Source: Octopus sinensis (Eukaryota). Taken from it: a stretch of 40,757 bases of DNA. The stretch covers positions 1 through 40,757 of the forward strand of contig NW_021835419.1 of assembly GCF_006345805.1 (NCBI RefSeq), in the 5' to 3' direction. A model generated the notes under the pieces. The model saw nothing but the letters and a program-made list of their open reading frames with translations. It searched no databases and was not told where the DNA came from. This document shows, piece by piece, positions 1 to 11,213 of this stretch (within the stretch, counting starts at the first letter, position 1; each line of letters opens with the position of its first letter). Both the position numbers and the translations under genes were made by a program.

Positions 1-309
1 GTATGTATATATATATATACCAATTCGGCAAAAGACACCGATAGAATAAGTACTAGGCTTACAAAGAATATGCCCTGGGGTCAATTTGCTCGACTAAAGG
101 TGGTGCTCCAAATGACTGAAACAAGTAAAAGGGATATAATAAAAAAAGAACATTTATACTCTTGTATTCTTTTACTTGTTTTCAGTCATTTGATTGTAGC
201 CATGCTGGAGCACCGCCTTTAGACTAGTTTCAGAATTATTGCTCTTCGTCAGCCTGGAGTAGCTTGGCTTGCTAGCTGTCTATGCTTATTTGTCTTTGAA
301 AACGTGCAC

Positions 310-385
310 GGGCATATGGCATAGTGGTTAAGAGCGCAGGCTACTAACCCCAAGATTCTGAGTGCGCTTCCAGACAGTGACCTGA
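310..385 (+). mobile_element. tRNA-derived SINE head, interrupted at its 3' side by a LINE fragment
   Basis: A-box TGGCATAGTGG (317-327), anticodon-like loop CT-ACT-AA, degenerate B-box GAGTGCGCTTCC (360-371). Confidence 0.7.
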
Positions 386-793
386 GATTGTGAATATGAA
401 ACCGGACATAGTCTTAATTGAGAAAGAAAACAAACTCTGCTGGATCATAGACATAGCATGCCCAGCTGACAACAAGGTATGCGATAATGAAGAAAGAAAA
501 GTCGAGAGATATGACAGGTTAGCTTGGGAAGTTAAGCAGTTATGGTCGATGAAAACGGTAGCACTAGTACCAATAATTGTTGGAGTCCTGGGAACAGTGA
601 GCAAAAAGTTGGAGAAGTACGTGGAGCAAATAGGGGCTGCAATAAGGGTGGAGCACTTGCAGAAAACAGCACTGCTTGGAGCCACTCGAATACTCCGGAA
701 GGTGCTCGAAAAATAAGAGGTGTTACCTTAGTTCACTAGTAGGGAACAACTGACACTGTAGTACATCTCCAACGTTAGAAACTGTGCAAAGGC

Positions 794-795
<2 letters not shown>
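386..795 (+). mobile_element. 5'-truncated R4/Dong-clade non-LTR retrotransposon (restriction-like endonuclease C-terminus plus 3' UTR)
   Basis: ORF 390-716: KPDIVL...IIDIACP...KVERYDRL...IIVGVLG...LQKTALLGATRILRKVL, the PD-(D/E)xK RLE domain and typical R4-clade terminus; short 3' UTR runs straight into (AAT)n. Confidence 0.85.
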
Positions 796-862
<67 letters not shown>

Positions 863-914
863 AATGATGATGTTGATAGTAATAGTATGGTGATGATGAT
901 AGTAATAGTAATGG

Positions 915-948
<34 letters not shown>

Positions 949-1003
949 AATATAATAATATATAATATAATAATAATATAATAATAATAATAATAATATA
1001 ATA

Positions 1004-1065
<62 letters not shown>
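794..1065. repeat. (AAT)n/(GAT)n compound microsatellite
   Basis: Directly visible. Confidence 0.95.
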
Positions 1066-1066
<1 letters not shown>

Positions 1067-1112
1067 TCGAAAAATACCCTAGGAATGAGAACTTAGGTTC
1101 GAAATTTCCCCA

Positions 1113-1159
1113 AGACACCTGATGAAGGCTGGAGGGTATATCAGCCGTAACGTTGTGTT
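1113..1159 (+). ncRNA. Minimal type I hammerhead-ribozyme-like motif with one core substitution
   Basis: GACAC-CTGATGA-A-GGCTG(loop)CAGCC-GTAA-CGTT-GTGTT. Stem I GACAC/GTGTT, stem II GGCTG/CAGCC, palindromic AACGTT stem III; GAAA is mutated to GTAA. Confidence 0.6.
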
Positions 1160-1417
1160 AACAACAAACAAAATGAGGACAAATATCCGTCAATTGTAAA
1201 TATATATCTCAGTGTACAAAATAAGTATATTTGGAGCCCAGCCACGGACTTACAATATAGAATTGTGATGTACACTAACCTTGGACCCTACCAAAAGATT
1301 ATCTGGAGTTCTTCACTAATATAATTAATATTGTCAGCCTGGTGTGACAACTGAGAGCTTATAAAATATTTTACCCTGACTGATAATCCCTCACTAAAAG
1401 TTACACAAACAAACAAA

Positions 1418-1490
<73 letters not shown>

Positions 1491-1611
1491 ACACACACAC
1501 ACGCACATACGCGTTGTGCTTCTTTCAGTTTCCATCTACCAAATCCACTCACAAAGCTTTGTCGGCCCGTGGCTATAGAAGACATTTGCCTTAGGTGCAG
1601 CACTCACGCGC

Positions 1612-1645
<34 letters not shown>

Positions 1646-1714
1646 AAATAAATACACAAGTATACACACGTATTTATACGTGTGAATGTACGCAGTGGCT
1701 TTATTTTTATCAAT

Positions 1715-2150
1715 GGGTTGAAACCCTGAAGCTTTCCCGCTTAATCAGACATGTTTGATAAACGCAGTTGCTTATGAAGCCGAAGTGTTACTGCACTGCT
1801 CCACGACAACATAACTGAGAAAAAAATGACGTCGGTTTATGCGAAAGCAGGCTCATAAAGTTGCCACGCAAACTATCAGTCTTCTTTCCGACCATATTAA
1901 CGAAAATAAAGCCATTAAGTTGGCTAGATATGTGTGGGATCTGAAGACTAAATGCACACCATATACTACCAAATGGAAAATCGCGGAGAAATCTTCGCCA
2001 CATATAAATGGATCAAAATAGATGCAAGTTATGCGTAACTGAAAGATCGCACATTCTTTTTGCATTCCACCACACCACTTAATTCCAGATCCCAAATTTT
2101 TAGCAAATGTTAGCACAAGGACAAGTTTCTTTTGTCGAACTGGAGGACAC
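1715..2150 (+). mobile_element. Penelope-like element remnant (GIY-YIG endonuclease C-terminus, pseudogenised)
   Basis: Across frameshifts and stops: FPLNQTCLINAVAYEAEV / VGLCE / KLARYVWDLKTKCTPYTTKWKIAEKSSPHINGSK / CKLCVTERSHIL / LNSRSQIFSKC*HKDKFLLSN. Confidence 0.8.
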
Positions 2151-2291
2151 AGCCTGCTTGGAGAAATATGACATGTTATATAAAGCAGCGAAATTATTGT
2201 ATCTCTAAGGCATGATACTGTTCGTAGCTTTTGTAAATTTTTGTAAATTTGTAAATTGTGTATACATTTTGTAAATGATGCGTATACATAT

Positions 2292-2339
<48 letters not shown>

Positions 2340-2610
2340 GAAAAGTTTACGAAAATAAACAAAACACGAAGGCAGGTGGTGTACAAACAAAACAATGTAT
2401 TAGTATAGCGGCTCAGGAATAGAAAAAGTCTTTAACGTTTCGAGTCTACGCTCTTCCCAGAAAATAACACAGAATAATATATGTATATATATTAATAGTA
2501 ATAGTATTACAACAAAAGAATGAATGAAACCTCGATATTATGTAAATAGAGGAATTTATCTGTAATATAATACGTGACAATTATTTGGATGCCATAATAA
2601 ACTGTTATAT
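2340..2610 (-). mobile_element. Non-autonomous repeat with degenerate hammerhead-like module
   Basis: Reverse complement of 2428-2464 reads TTTT-CTGGGAA-GAGCGTAGACTC-GAAACGTT-AAAGA; flanks align with the copies at 3429, 4229, 9811 and 12170. Confidence 0.5.
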
Positions 2611-3336
2611 TACAGATATATATATATATAATATATATATATATATATTATATATATATATATATATAAAGCAAAGAGTAGATTAAGGATCTGTGCGAAT
2701 ATTTATAAGCGCTCTCTGTGTAGAAAAATAAACAGGCTAACATAATTGGCGTGTGGTTGATGTAGAAATCCAGGTAATCTGTAATTTAACAATCTGTCAC
2801 CAGTTTGTAATCGAGTTTGTAATCGAAAGTTTAGTGATCAAGAAAAGTTGGTACGTTATTACAGAGTACTATAGAAAAGGCTATAATAGAAGATACTTAC
2901 CCAAGGTGCTACGCAGTGATATCACATAGTAGCAAAGCGAGATTCTTAACCACACAGTCATGCCTGCGCTTATGGTCATGCTTGTTGAAAACCGTTGCCC
3001 AACAGATATCAACATACTGTTAAAGGTTAGTTAAAAAAAAGGGGGAATATCTACATTGAAATGATGAGAAATTTGCACGTCCTCCATCTACGAAATAGTT
3101 TTAGATTTATACAGATAATTTTGAAGGACTAGGCTACGTGACCTCTGTAGCAACGTTGAAAATCAGATAAACCACGCCTAATCAGATAATTTCAGTGGCA
3201 AGTTATCAAATGTTCTATCATAATATCTATAACATGCAAGCTTAGCATGTAATAATATCCATGTATATACAATGCCATCCACTCCTGCACAAAAGTGTTC
3301 ATGTACACATGCATATGTATTCGCATAGATACATAT

Positions 3337-3428
<92 letters not shown>

Positions 3429-3429
<1 letters not shown>

Positions 3430-3625
3430 TTAATCCAAACGGGAAAACAGAAAAAAAACAACACGTGGAACAATTACAGTATTTTATTATTAGGCGCTCA
3501 GGAAAATGGAAGAAGGAGGGTATGACGTTTCGAGCGGAGCTCTTCGTCGGAAACATAGGAGAAAGAAAGATCCCGAGACGGGAGGACAGAGGAAAACAAA
3601 TTGCAGGTAGTCTTCACGAGGTCAC
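3429..3625 (-). mobile_element. Diverged copy of the 280-bp hammerhead-bearing repeat
   Basis: Reverse complement GTTT-CCGACGA-A-GAGCTCCGCTC-GAAACGTC-ATAC; flanks colinear with 4229-4508. Confidence 0.65.
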
Positions 3626-3834
3626 ATACTAAAAAAAAAATATATATATATAGAAGGATGTATACATACATGCAAACATTTGTAAATTGGCGAAATGCGC
3701 ATTTGTCAATTTCACAGCCGTTTCTGAGACGATTTCGTATATTGTATTTCTTAACCCACTGCGTCGTTAAAGGGATCTGTCTCGAAACTATTACTGCATC
3801 TGGCCTTCCAGCGATATGCATAAGTTAATATATC

Positions 3835-4199
3835 TTTACCAACCACGTGGTTCCGGGATCAGTCCCACTGCGTGGCACCTTGGGCAAGTGTCTTCTACTA
3901 TAGCCTCGGGCCGACCAAAGCCTTGTGAGTGGATTTGGTAGACGGAAACTGAAAGAAGCCCGTCGTATATATATGTATATATATATATATATATATGGGT
4001 GTGTGTTTGTGTGTCTGTGTTTGTCCCCCACCCCCAACATCGCTTGACAACCGATGCTGGTGTGTTTACGTCCCCGTAACTTAACAATTCGGCAAGAGAA
4101 CCCGATAGAATAAGTACTAGGCTTACAAATTATAAGTTTGCTCGACTAAAGACAATGCTCCATCATGGCCGCAGTCAAATGACTGAAACAAATAAAAGA
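3835..4199 (+). mobile_element. SINE family B (tRNA-like head, CCTTGGGCAAGTG motif, internal (TA)/(TG)n, tail ...GACTGAAACAAGTAAAAG)
   Basis: Aligns to 6572-6966; further fragments at ~21-132 (+), 165-222 (-), 1518-1600 (-), 13425-13472 (-), 24250-24325 (-), 25765-25845 (-), 30830-30930 (+). Confidence 0.85.
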
Positions 4200-4228
4200 G
4201 TATGCATACATACATTATACATACATAT

Positions 4229-4507
4229 ACCAGTGCAACCACTTAAGAGCATATGTGCATGCGCGCGCGCGTGTGTACTTAATATCTATTATATATATAC
4301 TGTGACCGCGTGTGTACTGTTGGCGATTTTTTTCCTCCGTCTTCCCTTCTTTGGATCCTTCCTTTTCCTATGTTTCTGACGAAGAGCTCCGCTCGAAACG
4401 TTATAACCCCCTTCTTTCCTTCTTTCCGGAGCGTCCAATAATACTATACTTGTTCAACGTCCTCACGTTGTGGTGTTTTCTCTTCGTGTTTTCATGTTTG
4501 GATTGAC

Positions 4508-4508
<1 letters not shown>
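4229..4508 (+). mobile_element. 280-bp non-autonomous repeat with intact hammerhead core
   Basis: CTGACGA (4376-4382), A, GAGC-TCC-GCTC, GAAACGTT (4395-4402); about 7 mismatches to the inverted copy at 9811-10090; ends in (TA)n. Confidence 0.75.
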
Positions 4509-4546
<38 letters not shown>

Positions 4547-4950
4547 ATATATTATAATATATATATATCTATATATATATATATTTCTTTATTGCCCACA
4601 AGGGGCTAACATATATGGCATGTATGTATGTATGGTATGTATGTATTTATGTATGTATGTAGTAGGTATACAGCCTTGTCCAAAATTATGGAGCAGGTAT
4701 GAAAAATGTGAGGATGCACAAATGTTCTTCAAAAAGCGAATTAGAAAATTGACCCAGCCACATCCGCCAACTTAGTCTCAAGTATGCAAAAATGCATAAA
4801 AGCGCTTATGAACGAAAAAGGACACCTAAAATATTAATCATTGACGGGGTGGACTCTAGAATGTTTATTATACTGTTTTCAATTATTAAGTAAATGGGTT
4901 TCACTCATATTCTCTATTTTTTCATACCAGCTCAATAATTTTGGCCAAGA

Positions 4951-4993
<43 letters not shown>

Positions 4994-5163
4994 GTTTATG
5001 TGTGCGTGTGTGTGTATCTATCTATCTCTCTATATGCATGCATATATATATACATATATATATTTATACATATCATATACATGCATATATAATTATATAT
5101 TTATACATCAGCCACCCTCTGTGTGTGTGTATAAATACACAGCATATAATATCAGCTCACCCT

Positions 5164-5248
<85 letters not shown>

Positions 5249-5289
5249 ATATCAGCTCACCCTATGTGTATATATATATATTTATATAT

Positions 5290-5334
<45 letters not shown>

Positions 5335-5480
5335 TACGTATATGTATATGTACGTATGCTTGTATATGTATGTGTGTGTTTATTTGCATGTATGTATGTA
5401 TGCATGTATGTATGTATGTATTTATGTATGTATGTATGTATGTATGTATGTATGTATGTATGCATGCATGCATGTATATA
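4508..5480. repeat. Interrupted (TA)n and (ATGT)n microsatellite field
   Basis: Directly visible; unique spacer at ~4660-4950. Confidence 0.85.
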
Positions 5481-5790
5481 AAAGTTCACGGGGTTGGCTG
5501 AACGTTGTAAAGACTATTATTGGTGGTGGTTGTGGGCGTGGTTAGGATAATTACAGACATGCGTAGTGGAATTAAATAATGGAAGGGATGTCGAAAGTTG
5601 TGGCGAATCGGAGGGCGGGATTATGGGCGGTTGCACACGACGGAAAAAAAATATAACAAAAAATAAAAAAATAAGGAAAAGAAAGAAACAAAAGAAAAGC
5701 TTGTTGAACAGAGACAATGTCAGGTGTGTGTGAATTTAGTAGTAAGATGTTTGTGGCGACACAACCGAGACAATAACCAGTACGTAAAAC

Positions 5791-5854
<64 letters not shown>

Positions 5855-5869
5855 TAATAATAATAATAA

Positions 5870-6133
5870 ATCCTACGCAAAATACTCTCTATGTAATCCC
5901 AAGGTTTAAAACAAACTTTTTTTAAATTTTTTTATTTTTTCATTTTTTAAAAAATTTTTATTTATTTATTTATTTATTTTTTTTATGTATTAGACATTCA
6001 CTAGTACAACACCAAAATAAAAAACAAAAAAACCCCAAATATATGGCACAGAACTTCCAGCCTGTTGTCTCTTGAGGTCTCTGGGTGAGACTTGGAACCA
6101 ACTTGTACAGACATAAAGCAAAAGTCAAACATA
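5870..6133 (+). mobile_element. Extremely 5'-truncated second R4/Dong-like 3' end embedded in (AAT)n
   Basis: Begins ATC CTA CGC AAA ATA CTC TCT ATG TAA = ILRKILSM* (compare ILRKVLEK* at 693-716); flanked on both sides by (AAT)n (5790-5869 and 6133-6197). Confidence 0.55.
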
Positions 6134-6147
6134 GAATAATAATAATA

Positions 6148-6198
<51 letters not shown>

Positions 6199-6410
6199 GA
6201 TTTCAAATTTTGGCACAAGGCCAGCAAATTTCGGGGACGGGATAAGTCGATTAGATCGATCCTAGTGCTTAACTGGTACTTATTTTATCGACCCCCGGGA
6301 AGTTGAAAGGCAAAGTCGACCTCGGCGGAATTTGAACTCAACGTAAAGACGGGCGATATGCCGCTAAGCATTTCGACCGGTGTGCTGTCGATTCTGCCAC
6401 CTCGCCGCCT
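6199..6410 (-). mobile_element. SINE family A (tRNA-like head GGCGGCGAGCTGGCAGA..., central GCCTTTCATCCTTTCGGGGTCGAT)
   Basis: Aligns to other copies; a partial copy follows at ~6425-6550. Confidence 0.8.
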
Positions 6411-6571
6411 TTAATAATACTAATAATCCTTTCTCCGAAAGGAGCAAGGTCTGAGATTTTGGAGGAAGGGACCAGTCGATTACATCGACCCCAGTGTTTC
6501 ACTGCTACTTTAATTGATCGACCAAGAAACAACCTCGGCTGAATTTGAACATATGGATGGACGAAATGCCG

Positions 6572-6736
6572 TAGGAGTGGCTGTGTCGTAAGTAGCTTGC
6601 TTGCCAACAACATGGTTCTGGATTCAGTCCCACTGCGTGGCACCTTGGGCAAGTGTCTTCTACTATAGCCTCGGGCCAACCAAAGCCTTGTGAGTGGATT
6701 TAGTAGACGAAAACTGAAAGAAGCCCAACGTATATA

Positions 6737-6775
<39 letters not shown>

Positions 6776-6966
6776 CCCCCCCCCAACATCGCTTGACAAC
6801 CGATGCTGGTGTGTTTACGTCCCCATAACTTAGCGGTTCGGCAAAAGACACCGATAGAATAAGTACTAGGCTTGCAAAGAATAAGTCCTTGGAGTCGATT
6901 TGCTCGACTAAAGGTCGTGCTCCAGCATGGCCACAGTCAAATGACTGAAACAAGTAAAAGAGTAAA
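6572..6966 (+). mobile_element. SINE family B, near full length
   Basis: GGAGTGGCTGTGTCGTAAG head, GGATTCAGTCCC B-box-like motif, internal (TG)n. Confidence 0.9.
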
Positions 6967-7117
6967 GAAATGCTGCTAAGTATTTGGCCCGGGGTGCTAA
7001 CGATTCTGCCAGGCTCGCCGCCTGACAACATCAATAATGATAATAACAATAGAAATAATAATTGTAGCCCGATGCTCGGAATTTTCTTTTCCAACAGTTT
7101 AATCTGTTCTGTGTATA

Positions 7118-7754
7118 TCTATATATATAAAACTGTAGTTGTGTGAGTGTCTGTCCCCTTCGATTTAGATTCCTAACTACTTCCACATTTTGCGGTGCAA
7201 TTTAACCAAATTCGGGTATCTTATAGTCGTGATTCATATCGAGCCCGTCTGGCTATTAGCGCGCGTCTACAATGAGTCTATGATTTTAAAAATAATTTAA
7301 CATCATTTTTTATTCCATTTTAATGCATATTTTTTCGTGTGTCGATGGCGGCAGAGTTGGCGTCCACGCTCACACTTGCACCTGTGGGAAAGGGAGTGTA
7401 AGGAAATCAACGCCGTAATGCGTTGTCAAGGAGACCAGCGTTCTTTTAGAACAACGACTCCATGGCTTGAAGACACCAAAACAGAAATGGCTAAGAAAGC
7501 GTCTACATGAGTCTACAATTTTTAAAAAAATTTACCATAATTTTTTCCATTTTAATGCATTTTTTCGCTATTATATAAGGGAAGTAACTCTCTAAAAATG
7601 TCTACGATGAGTCAACGATTTTTTAAAAAAATTACCATCATTTTTTATTCCATTTTTAATGCATTTTTTTGCTATTTTTTTGCTATAACTCTCTAAAAAT
7701 GCTTATATAGTTATTTCCCTTACAAACCCGAGCAACGCCGGGCGATACTGCTAG
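7118..7754 (+). mobile_element. Non-autonomous Helitron, 637 bp
   Basis: A|TCTATATATATAAA start; 3' hairpin CCCGAGCAACGCCGGG then CTAG|T; inserted at an AT dinucleotide. Confidence 0.85.
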
Positions 7755-8109
7755 TGAACAATAATAAGAAGAATTACGATAATAATAGTAATAATGACGA
7801 GGGTTGGCAGGCGATAATTTTTGGTCGGTGGAGTAATTGACATGTTTTAGTAAAGAGCTTCTTAAAAACAACAGTAAAAGGCCTTGTTCCGGCCAGTGTA
7901 ATCGAGTCACGCCAAGCACGTGTCGTGGTCACGTGCCGCTTTTGTTATTGGCTTGTAATTTTGTAGTCACGACATTAGTTTAAAAGCCTGTTATTTATAG
8001 TTGTTGATTTTGTTATTGTTGTTGTTGCTTAATACCAGATCGGTGTATATCCTAACGGAGCAGATCTATGATGAGGCACATTCCGGACCAAACCGGAATG
8101 TGTCATTGT

Positions 8110-8146
<37 letters not shown>

Positions 8147-8246
8147 AGAAGAAAATGGAGAGGTTTAATAGATAAGCATCCCTTTTAAAATGTATCTACA
8201 TCCTCAAAATAACATATATATATATATATGTATGTATGTATGTAAG

Positions 8247-8280
<34 letters not shown>

Positions 8281-8409
8281 TGTATGTATGTATGTATGTA
8301 TGTATGTATGCATGCATGTATGTATGTATGTATGTATATACGTATGTATATATATGTGTGTGTGTGTGTGTGTGTATGTTTTGTGCGCGTGTGTGTGTGT
8401 GTATCTTTT

Positions 8410-8810
8410 ACCTTTTATTTGTTTCAGTCATTAGATTGCGGCCATGCTGGGGCAACTCCTTGGGGTGGGGAGGGGGATTTTTGTCAAACTAATCGACCCC
8501 AGTACTTAATTTCTTTTTAAACCTGACAGTTATTCTATCAGTCTCTTTTACCGAATCGCTGAGTTACGTGGATGCAATCACACCAACGCCGGTTCTCAAG
8601 CGGTTATGGGGAGCAAACATACACACACACACACACTCACACATTTATATGAACGACGGGCTTCTTTCAGTTTCTGTCTACCAAATCCACTTACAAGGCT
8701 TTGTTCAGCCCGACTCTAGAGTAGAAGACACTTGCCCAAGGTGCCACGCAGATGGAGTGAATCCGGAACCATGTGGCTGGTAAGCCATCTTCTTACCACA
8801 TAGCCACGCC
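8410..8810 (-). mobile_element. SINE family B
   Basis: Reverse-complement similarity to 6572-6966. Confidence 0.85.
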
Positions 8811-8877
8811 TGGATCTATAATCTATATATTATATATATGTGTGTACACTCACACACACATACACCCTCCTATATAT

Positions 8878-9214
8878 ATCGAGACCCCCTTCGGTCACGA
8901 CACTGACCATGGGATTGCAACTAGAAAGTTACCCTCCTAGTCACAAGTCTGGGCAAGGTTGTTTATGGAAGACCAGCAGTCGCCCATGCATACCGGCCTC
9001 CCCTCTCCACGCCACCAGTGTTATCCAAGGGAAAGGCAAAGGGGCCGATACAGCTTGGCACCCGTGACGTCGCAACTCATTTCTACAGCTGAATTAACTG
9101 GGGCAACGTGAAATAAAGTGTCTTGCTCAAGAACACAACACGCAGCCCAGTCCAAGATTCGAGCTCACAACCTCACGATCGTAAGCTCGACGCTCTAACC
9201 ACTGAGCCATGCGC
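8878..9214 (-). mobile_element. tRNA-headed SINE family D (TTGAGCAAGACACT body, distinct tail)
   Basis: Reverse complement begins GCGCATGGCTCAGTGGTTAGAGC (A-box); head-to-head with SINE A at 9232 across (TA)n. Confidence 0.75.
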
Positions 9215-9231
9215 TATATATATATATAAAA

Positions 9232-9460
9232 GGCGGCGAGCTGGCACAAACGTTAGCACGCCGGGCGAAATGCGTAGCCGTATTTCGTCTGTCGTTACGT
9301 TGTGAGTTCAAATTCCGCCGAGGTCGACTTTGCCTTTCATCCTTTCGGGGTCGATAAATAAAGTACCAGTTGCGCACTGGGGTCGATGTAATCGACTTAA
9401 TCCCTTTGTATGTCCTTGTTTGTCCCCTCTATGTTTAGCCCCTTGTGGCAATAAAGAAAT
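9232..9460 (+). mobile_element. SINE family A, full length
   Basis: GGCGGCGAGCTGGC...GAGTTCAAATTCC (B-box)...GGGGTCGATGTAATCGAC...AATAAAGAAAT. Confidence 0.9.
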
Positions 9461-9467
9461 ATTATAT

Positions 9468-9511
<44 letters not shown>

Positions 9512-9528
9512 ATATAATATATATATAC

Positions 9529-9560
<32 letters not shown>

Positions 9561-9604
9561 GTATATATATATATATATATAATATATTATTATATATATG
9601 TATG

Positions 9605-9661
<57 letters not shown>

Positions 9662-9693
9662 TATATATATAATATATATTATATATGTGTGTG

Positions 9694-9775
<82 letters not shown>

Positions 9776-9810
9776 TATATATTATATATATATATATATA
9801 TATAATATAT
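9461..9810. repeat. Long imperfect (TA)n
   Basis: Directly visible. Confidence 0.95.
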
Positions 9811-10090
9811 AGTCAATCCAAACATGAAAACACGAAGAGAAAACACAACAACGCGAGGACGTTGAACAAGTATAGTATTATTGGACGCTCCGGAAAGAAG
9901 GAAAGAACGGGGTTTCAACGTTTCGAGCGGAGCTCTTCGTCAGAAACATAGGAAACGGAAGGATCCAAAGAAGGGAAGACGGAGGAAAAAAATCGCCAAC
10001 AGTACACACGCGGTCACAGTATATATATAATAGATATTAAGTACACACGCGCGCGCGCATGCACATATGCTCTTAAGTGTTTGCACTGGT
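9811..10090 (-). mobile_element. Second near-identical copy of the 280-bp hammerhead-bearing repeat
   Basis: Reverse complement of 4229-4508 by manual alignment; core GTTT-CTGACGA-A-GAGCTCCGCTC-GAAACGTT-GAAAC at 9947-9912. Confidence 0.75.
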
Positions 10091-10421
10091 TTTAGTCTAT
10101 ATAAATGCGTCGTGCTGCACCACTGCCTTACGTCTTTAGGCAATCGTATCAAACACCCCGCTAAGATTAATTGCGCCTAATATTTATTATATTCCCCACT
10201 CATCCTCAGTACTTACTCTAATATTTATATTGTATTGATGTACTCACTGGACCTTAACATATAAATTAACTCGAAAAGTTTAGTTAGTTTCTTCAAATTA
10301 TCTCCTCCTTCTTCTTTGTAAAGACGCCAAAAGTTGCTGCCTTCATTTCGTTGTCTCTTAGGGACAGCAAAGATTATCATATAATTCCTACAAGGAATGA
10401 GATCGAACCTGAGCCAAACCA

Positions 10422-10570
<149 letters not shown>

Positions 10571-10756
10571 TATGGTAGTCCATAATTGTGTTGAGTTTCA
10601 CTTTGATCTCGTGGTTGCGAAACAAACTTCGGTCAGACTGACCCTATACCCGTAGCCTTAATCATCCAAATTTTAAATTATTCTCTGTGTGGCAAGGTGG
10701 GTTTTTTTGGGGGGGGAGGGTAATATTTTTTTTTATTTCCATGATGTTTTGCTTTA

Positions 10757-10891
10757 TCAAATTCCGCCGAAGTCGACTTTGCCTCTCACCCTTTCGGGGT
10801 CAATAAGATATGTAGCAATTTGAGAACTAGGTCGATGTAATCGACTTATCACCCACCCTGAATTTACTGGCCTTGTGCCAAAATTTGAAAA
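10757..10891 (+). mobile_element. SINE family A, 5'-truncated, alternative tail
   Basis: Central domain plus CCTTGTGCCAAAATTTGAAA tail; an opposite-strand diverged copy lies at ~10985-11190. Confidence 0.7.
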
Positions 10892-11213
10892 CAATAAGTT
10901 CGTCTTGTTTTGCCTTGGGCCCTCAACACCTTGATAGAGTCGTAGGGGGTTACACTGTGTCACATTCAATCTATCATTGGCATTTTTAGACCAGGTGGAA
11001 CCCATCTCTGTCCAAGTCTGCCCACCGATTTCTCAAAGAAAGAAAGACACGCAGCGTACAAGAATGGTAACTTATTTATCGACCCAGAAAGGACGAAAGG
11101 AAAAAGTTGACTGTGAAAGGATTTGAGCTCAGAGCATAGAGGTCTGAAAAGATTGCTGCAAAGCACTCTTTTCCTGACGATCTCTAACGACTAGGTTAAT
11201 TGGTCGCATAACC

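Noticed and set aside
4395-4471. Alternative long hammerhead stem III (ACGTTGAA pairing with downstream TTCAACGT-C, best in the 9811-10090 copy)
   Set aside because: The sequence after that GUC is not complementary to the stem I 5' strand, so a full-length monomeric ribozyme cannot be drawn; the minimal fold fits more copies.
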